A DNA stretch of 64,000 nt, from contig NC_043004.1 of the NCBI RefSeq assembly GCF_006345805.1, positions 93,868,001 through 93,932,000 on the forward strand, read 5' to 3'. A program made the translations under genes and the position numbers. Under the pieces are notes generated by a model. It did no database searches. It was not told where the DNA came from and saw nothing but the letters and a program-made list of their open reading frames with translations. The stretch is from Octopus sinensis. Lineage: Eukaryota. This document shows positions 63,861 through 64,000 of this stretch, in pieces. Numbering within the stretch: the first letter of the stretch is position 1; every line of letters starts with the position of its first letter.

Positions 63861-64000
63861 CGGATCTTATCTACTCCACTCCTTAACTCTAGTATTCTTA
63901 TTCCCATACACGGTAACATTGGTCACCTACCGTAAATTATGCGACAGGACTTTTTTCAGTTTATCGTACTTCGATACGAAAAAAATCCACAACCTTCCGT

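Overview
Eukaryotic, AT-rich, repeat-saturated DNA with no confidently identifiable host gene. Dense microsatellites, tRNA-headed CORE-like SINEs and mariner, hAT and LINE relics suggest an octopus (coleoid cephalopod) intron or intergenic region; the species is an inference. Contents: (1) four interrelated SINE groups, labelled here A (head GGAGGCGCAATGGCCCAGTGGTTAGG), B (head AAGGCGGCGAGCTGGCAGAATCGTTAGC), C (head GGAGTGGCTGTGTGGTAAGTAGC) and D (head GAAGGCGCATGGCTCAGTGGTTAGAG), several with clear target-site duplications (TSDs) and swapped 3' modules; (2) decayed LINE fragments (CR1, RTE, HERO/NeSL-like, a probable R4/Dong-like 3' UTR); (3) DNA transposon relics (Tigger/pogo, mariner, hAT) and 8-bp-TSD MITEs, one carrying TTAGGG repeats; (4) a satellite packed with TTCN3GAA motifs; (5) one 100-N gap. 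The most interesting signal is a recurring set of short, mostly TA-anchored elements with minimal type-I hammerhead-like motifs (typical of Penelope-like element termini) and six near-perfect fold-back hairpins of 63-306 bp. One hairpin contains an apparently intact hammerhead with a compensatory U3:A8 pair together with its own antisense copy. Almost all long ORFs in the supplied track are microsatellite artefacts. Family names come from motif recall, not database searches, and boundaries of degraded copies are approximate.
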